Origin: an uncultured SAR86 cluster bacterium
Lineage (GTDB): Bacteria > Pseudomonadota > Gammaproteobacteria > Magnimaribacterales > D2472
DNA: 64,000 nucleotides
Direction: 5' to 3'
NCBI GenBank assembly: GCA_902605165.1
Contig: CACLBJ010000004.1
Coordinates: forward strand, 33,874-97,873
The number at the start of each line of letters is the position of its first letter. Position 1 is the stretch's first letter. A program made the translations under genes and the position numbers. The notes beneath the pieces are model-generated. The model worked only from the letters and a program-made list of their open reading frames with translations, did no database searches and had not been told where the DNA came from. Below are positions 59,853 to 64,000 of the stretch, piece by piece.

Positions 59853-60977
59853 ATGAGATCACTTCTACCTACATTCATTATTTCTTTTGCTCTTTTTTCA
59901 ACCCAAGGTATTGCAATAACCGATGGTGAAATTGCAGAAATTACGGAAAGAGTCGAAACATATTCAACCGACGAACTTGTAGAAAGAAGACAAGTACTTC
60001 TTGCAATGCTGGATTTAGACGATTCTTCTGACGAAGAGAGCGTTGAAAATGAAATTAAGGTTGAAACTAATCCCGATGTTAGACAAACATTATTATTAGA
60101 ATTATCAATTGTTGAGCAACTGCTAGTGCTCATTGGAGTTATTGTTGCTGGTGATGTAACTGACAGCGCTGCAACACCACCAGATACAGTCTTTCCTGTG
60201 ATAACAATTCTTGGCGATAACCCAGCTACAGTTGAGCTTGGATCGACATATGTTGATGCAGGAGCAACAACTAACGAAGGTACAATTTCGGTAGTAAGCA
60301 ACAGCGTTAATGCAAATGTAGTTGGATCTTATTCTGTTGTTTACAGTGCAACTGATGCTGCTGGAAATACGACAACAAAAACAAGAACTGTTAATGTTGT
60401 TGATACTACAGCCCCTGTCCTAACAGTGATAGGTGATAACCCAGTAACTATTGAACTTGGTGCGTCATATGCTGATGCTGGTGCAACAGCTGCTGATCTT
60501 GATACTGTTGAAATTACCTCAACATCAGATGTTGATACAGATACAGTTGGAACATACACAATCACATATACTGCAACTGATGCTTCTGGAAACACATCAA
60601 CTGCAACCAGAATAGTAAACGTTGTTGATACGACACCTCCAGTGATAACTTCTTCAGACACTTTTATTGCTGATGAGAATCAAACTGCAATTGGAACAGT
60701 TACAGCAACCGATCTTCAAACAGTTACATTTGCTGTATCTGGAACAGAGCTTCAAATCACTTCAGGCGGCGTTCTAACCTTTGTAACAGCTCCTGATTAT
60801 GAAACTAAATCAGTTTATACAGCAACAGTTACTGCAACTGATGCTAGTTCAAATTCTTCAACTCAAGATATTACAGTTAATGTGAATGATGTTGGTGGAA
60901 TTGATGATGATCCTGGAACAGGAACAGGAACAGGAACAGGAACAGGAACAGGAACTGGCACAGGTACCGGCACTTAA
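59853..60977 (+). CDS. Secreted protein with two DUF5011/Ig-like repeats, a cadherin-like domain and a (GT)10 tail
   Basis: Signal peptide; repeats DTxxPVxTxxGDNPxTxELGxxYxDAGAT...ATDAxGN; DEN...ATD...PDYETK...VNVND cadherin motifs. Confidence 0.85.
   Translation: MRSLLPTFIISFALFSTQGIAITDGEIAEITERVETYSTDELVERRQVLLAMLDLDDSSDEESVENEIKVETNPDVRQTLLLELSIVEQLLVLIGVIVAGDVTDSAATPPDTVFPVITILGDNPATVELGSTYVDAGATTNEGTISVVSNSVNANVVGSYSVVYSATDAAGNTTTKTRTVNVVDTTAPVLTVIGDNPVTIELGASYADAGATAADLDTVEITSTSDVDTDTVGTYTITYTATDASGNTSTATRIVNVVDTTPPVITSSDTFIADENQTAIGTVTATDLQTVTFAVSGTELQITSGGVLTFVTAPDYETKSVYTATVTATDASSNSSTQDITVNVNDVGGIDDDPGTGTGTGTGTGTGTGTGTGT
60915..60974 (+). repeat. Coding hexanucleotide tandem repeat (GGAACA)6 plus 4 degenerate units
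   Basis: Read directly: ggaaca x6, ggaact, ggcaca, ggtacc, ggcact, then TAA. Encodes (Gly-Thr)10. Confidence 0.95.
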
Positions 60978-60980
60978 TAG

Positions 60981-61253
60981 TTGTCACAAACAAAAAAAGA
61001 TTTAGCAAACAATATTTCAAAAAAGTTAGGCCTATCTAAGAAAGATAGCCTTTTTCTTGTGCAGCACTTTTTTAGAACCTTAATTGAAAATAAAAATAAA
61101 CATATAAACATCAGTAATTTTGGTACTTTTATTTATAAAAAAACTCCAATGAGGATAGGTAGAAATCCAAAAACACTTCAAGAGTTTAAAATTAGGTCAA
61201 GGCAAAAATTAACTTTTAAGCCATCTGATGAAATTAAAAAGAATATAAATTAA
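60981..61253 (+). CDS. ihfA: Integration host factor alpha subunit
   Basis: TKKDL, ISNFGTF, RIGRNPKT, TFKPS. Occupies the usual downstream-of-pheT position before tRNA-Pro. TTG start. Confidence 0.85.
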   Translation: MSQTKKDLANNISKKLGLSKKDSLFLVQHFFRTLIENKNKHINISNFGTFIYKKTPMRIGRNPKTLQEFKIRSRQKLTFKPSDEIKKNIN

Positions 61254-61260
61254 AAAAAAT

Positions 61261-61337
61261 TGGTCGGGATGGCCGGATTTGAACCGACGACCACCACACC
61301 CCCAGTGTGGTGCGCTACCAGGCTGCGCTACATCCCG
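61261..61337 (-). tRNA. tRNA-Pro(GGG)
   Basis: Reverse complement CGGGATGTAGCGCAGCCTGGTAGCGCACCACACT-GGG-GGTGTGG...GGTTCAAATCCGGCCATCCCGACCA. Confidence 0.97.
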
Positions 61338-61384
61338 AATTGGTATTATCTAATGTTATATAATAACTTTCCACAAGGAAAAAA

Positions 61385-62878
61385 ATGAGTTTAATAGAAT
61401 GCAAAGCTGGTAAATTTGAAGGGCTATTTAAAAACGAGTGCCATCATTTTTTTGGCATACCTTACGCAAAATATGAACATAGATGGAGTGAGTCAACTCT
61501 CGTTGAAGATGAATTAATATTCAAAGCTTCAGAAAAAGGCAATGCGGCACCTCAAACTCGGTCTGATGATCAAGCTCAGATGGGAACAAGTTTTTTTCAG
61601 GATAATTCTTTATCGAAACAATCTGAGGATTGCTTAACTTTAAATATTTGCTCAAATGACATTAAGGCTAAGAATCCAGTAATGATTTGGATACATGGCG
61701 GCGCTCTAGTTACAGGCGGCTCAAGCAGCATAATGTATGACTTGCAGCACTTAGCCAATAGAGGAGTAGTCGTGGTATCGATAAACTATAGATTAGGACC
61801 TCTTGGGTTTCTAAAACTTGATGAAGTTACCAATGGTGAGATCAAATCAACAGGTAATGAAGGACTTATAGATCAGAGAAATGCAATAAAGTGGGTAAAA
61901 GAAAATATTTCCTCCTTTGGAGGTGATCCAAACAACATCACTATCTTTGGCGAGTCTGCAGGTTCATGGAGCTGTAATCTACAAATTGCTGCAGGCAATG
62001 AAGGCTTATTTCAAAAAGCAATCTGTCAAAGTGGTGGTCTTGATGCAGTAGCCTCAAAAGACAAGGCAAATTTATGGGCTGAACTATTTATTGAACAGTT
62101 TGAAAAGGACGGCCATAAAGTCTCTGACTTAAAATCATGTGACTGGGAGTTGATAATTAATACTGCTAAAAAATTAAAACACTCAGCATTAAGTGATGGA
62201 AAGAGGTGGATTTTTCCTGAAGTAGGATTTCTTCCGGTAATAGATAATAAGTTTATTAAAGATGATTACTTGGAAACATACTCAACTTCAAGCATTCATT
62301 TAATTGCTGGGACAACCCTAGATGAATATAAGCTCTGGAGCACCTTCCATCCAAAAATAGGTAAAAATAATGAAGCATATATTAATAGAAGGCTATCAAA
62401 AATGTTTGAATCTAGTAAATTGCCAGAACTAATTACTGCTTACAGTGAGTATCTTAAAATTACTGAGTTAGGAGATATCTATTCAGCAATTCTCACAGAT
62501 ATTTGCTTTGGTATTCCAACTCATAATACCCTTCAGAAAAAAGAAGGAAATTCTTTTGGATATTTGTTCTCAACGCAAAGTGAAATTTTAAGGGGGAAAC
62601 TAGGATGTTTTCATGCCTCAGAACTTCCATATGTATTTGGTGTTCATTCAAAAAAACCTTATTCAAGTTGGGGCCCAAAGGAATCTCAAGAAATTTCTGA
62701 TAATTTGCAAATACCATGGACAAACTTTTCTAAAACAGATGATCCAAGTTTTGGAGATTTTGAATGGAACAATTATAATGATTCATTCGAATTAGCACTT
62801 ATTGGTAACAAAGTAAGGGCTTTGAGAAATCCTTTTTTAGAACGATATGATCTTATTCAAAAATATAAAATATTTTAG
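61385..62878 (+). CDS. Type-B carboxylesterase/lipase
   Basis: GIPYA, SEDCLTLNI, PVMIWIHGG, INYRLG, FGGDPNNITIFGESAG, HASELPYVFG. Confidence 0.93.
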   Translation: MSLIECKAGKFEGLFKNECHHFFGIPYAKYEHRWSESTLVEDELIFKASEKGNAAPQTRSDDQAQMGTSFFQDNSLSKQSEDCLTLNICSNDIKAKNPVMIWIHGGALVTGGSSSIMYDLQHLANRGVVVVSINYRLGPLGFLKLDEVTNGEIKSTGNEGLIDQRNAIKWVKENISSFGGDPNNITIFGESAGSWSCNLQIAAGNEGLFQKAICQSGGLDAVASKDKANLWAELFIEQFEKDGHKVSDLKSCDWELIINTAKKLKHSALSDGKRWIFPEVGFLPVIDNKFIKDDYLETYSTSSIHLIAGTTLDEYKLWSTFHPKIGKNNEAYINRRLSKMFESSKLPELITAYSEYLKITELGDIYSAILTDICFGIPTHNTLQKKEGNSFGYLFSTQSEILRGKLGCFHASELPYVFGVHSKKPYSSWGPKESQEISDNLQIPWTNFSKTDDPSFGDFEWNNYNDSFELALIGNKVRALRNPFLERYDLIQKYKIF

Positions 62879-64000
62879 TTTTCTCTTAATTTTATTTTTT
62901 AGTGTACTTGTATATTCACTGCCACAAGAGCCTCCAATACCTCAAACTCCAAATTATGACTGGAACAAAGGCAACAATGACACCTTCAACTATCAAGGGA
63001 TTAAAACCTATAAAGGAGATTTCATTCAGACTTCATCCGGGAAAGTTCTTTCTCAAAGAACAGAAGGTATTTTGTATTGGGAGGATATCCCATTTGCATT
63101 ACCTCCTTTAGAAAACTTAAGATGGAAGGCGCCAGTAGCTTTTGTTGCTGAGGACTTTCATATTAATCCAAAAGAAAATAACTTTTGTCATCAAGAAATT
63201 GGTGGGCAAATCCAAGCAATCAATCAAACTGGATCGGAGGACTGCCTATATCTTGATATTAGGGCGCCTCATGGAAGTAGAGATAATTTGCCAGTAATGT
63301 TTTGGATACATGGAGGAGGTAATACTTCAGGGCATAAAGATTTTTACAATTTCTCAGAATTGGTAAAAAGGAAAGATGTTATCGTTGTTTCCCCAAATTA
63401 TCGTTTAGGGCCACTTGGCTTTTTTACTCACCCAGCTATTCAAGACTTTCATTTAGGCATAGATAAGACCTCTAATTTTGGAATTTTAGATCTAGTGCTT
63501 GCACTAAAATGGGTTAATGAGAATATAGCTTCTTTTGGAGGTGATCCAAATAATATTACTATTTTTGGTGAGTCTGCTGGTGGGCATAATGTTTTATCGC
63601 TTTTAGTTGCTAGGCAAGCTAGAGGCCTATTCCATAAAGCAATCTCCCAATCAGGCTATACAAAATCCTCATCACTACAAAATGCTTACAAGTCTGAAAA
63701 TTTTAATGAGGAGGGCATATCTGATAGTTGGACAGTGCTAAATAAAATAATTGTGGACAAACAGTTAGCAAATGATCTAATTGAAGCAAATACATTTCAA
63801 TTAAACTCCGATAAAGAAACTCTTAGAAAAATTCTTTACAAAACAAATGCCCAAGAGTTGGTAAATCTATATGGCGATACTTTTGAGACTCCTTTGCTGA
63901 CTAATGATGGTCTAGTAATTCCTGAAATTGGTCTTAAAGAATCCCTTCGCTCTAAAGAATATTTAAACAAAGTTCCAACTATTGCTGGATCGAATAAAGA
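62847..64000 (+). CDS. Secreted type-B carboxylesterase (partial, runs off window end)
   Basis: Manual translation from ATG 62847: MILFKNIKYFSFLLILFFSVLVYS (signal or anchor)...DIPFALPPLENLRWKAP...SEDCLYLDI...PVMFWIHGGGN...ITIFGESAGG. Absent from the ORF track. Confidence 0.9.
   Translation, partial: MILFKNIKYFSFLLILFFSVLVYSLPQEPPIPQTPNYDWNKGNNDTFNYQGIKTYKGDFIQTSSGKVLSQRTEGILYWEDIPFALPPLENLRWKAPVAFVAEDFHINPKENNFCHQEIGGQIQAINQTGSEDCLYLDIRAPHGSRDNLPVMFWIHGGGNTSGHKDFYNFSELVKRKDVIVVSPNYRLGPLGFFTHPAIQDFHLGIDKTSNFGILDLVLALKWVNENIASFGGDPNNITIFGESAGGHNVLSLLVARQARGLFHKAISQSGYTKSSSLQNAYKSENFNEEGISDSWTVLNKIIVDKQLANDLIEANTFQLNSDKETLRKILYKTNAQELVNLYGDTFETPLLTNDGLVIPEIGLKESLRSKEYLNKVPTIAGSNK

Noticed and set aside
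59834-60661. Long antisense ORFs (155 and 106 aa) over the Ig/cadherin gene
   Set aside because: They mirror the biased Thr/Val/Ala/Asp codons of the sense gene and have no independent motifs.
60915-60974. CRISPR-like repeat
   Set aside because: It is a 6-bp tandem coding repeat without spacers, and no cas genes are present.
24087-61337. Prophage or integrative element bounded by tRNA-Leu and tRNA-Pro
   Set aside because: No integrase, transposase or phage genes, and I saw no duplicated tRNA 3' end. The region contains essential genes.
62902-63111. 69-aa ORF suggesting a frameshifted esterase
   Set aside because: Another frame is open from ATG 62847 through the esterase motifs, so there is no frameshift. 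The short ORF is a shadow.

Overview
This is an AT-rich, tightly packed bacterial chromosome segment with gammaproteobacterial gene order. Its streamlining and gene content are consistent with a marine SAR86-like genome, which is an inference from composition and synteny. Positions 1-23.9 kb are housekeeping genes: aroG (partial), scpAB-rluB, alkA-like, yciK-gph-ubiG, a three-gene pnt, gyrA-serC-pheA-tyrA-aroA-cmk-rpsA-ihfB-pyrF-pgi-uvrC-pgsA-kdsD, then an unusual mini kinase and nucleotidyltransferase pair. After tRNA-Cys and tRNA-Leu comes a ~26.6 kb Wzx/Wzy surface-polysaccharide cluster. It carries uronic acid, sialic acid (neuBCA), rhamnose and Gnu genes, plus an unexplained block of tailoring-type enzymes: 4 methyltransferases, a D-2-hydroxyacid dehydrogenase, a Fe/2OG dioxygenase, a ParB/Srx-fold protein, an alpha/alpha-toroid protein and a candidate sialyltransferase. 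Next come pdxH and infC-rpmI-rplT-pheS-pheT, where both PheRS subunits lack tRNA-binding domains. An SLBB exporter, a YjbH barrel and an Ig/cadherin protein with a (GT)10 tail sit between pheT and ihfA. The window ends with tRNA-Pro and two type-B carboxylesterases. I found no integrase, IS, rRNA or CRISPR. All calls come from recognising motifs by eye, and no searches were run.
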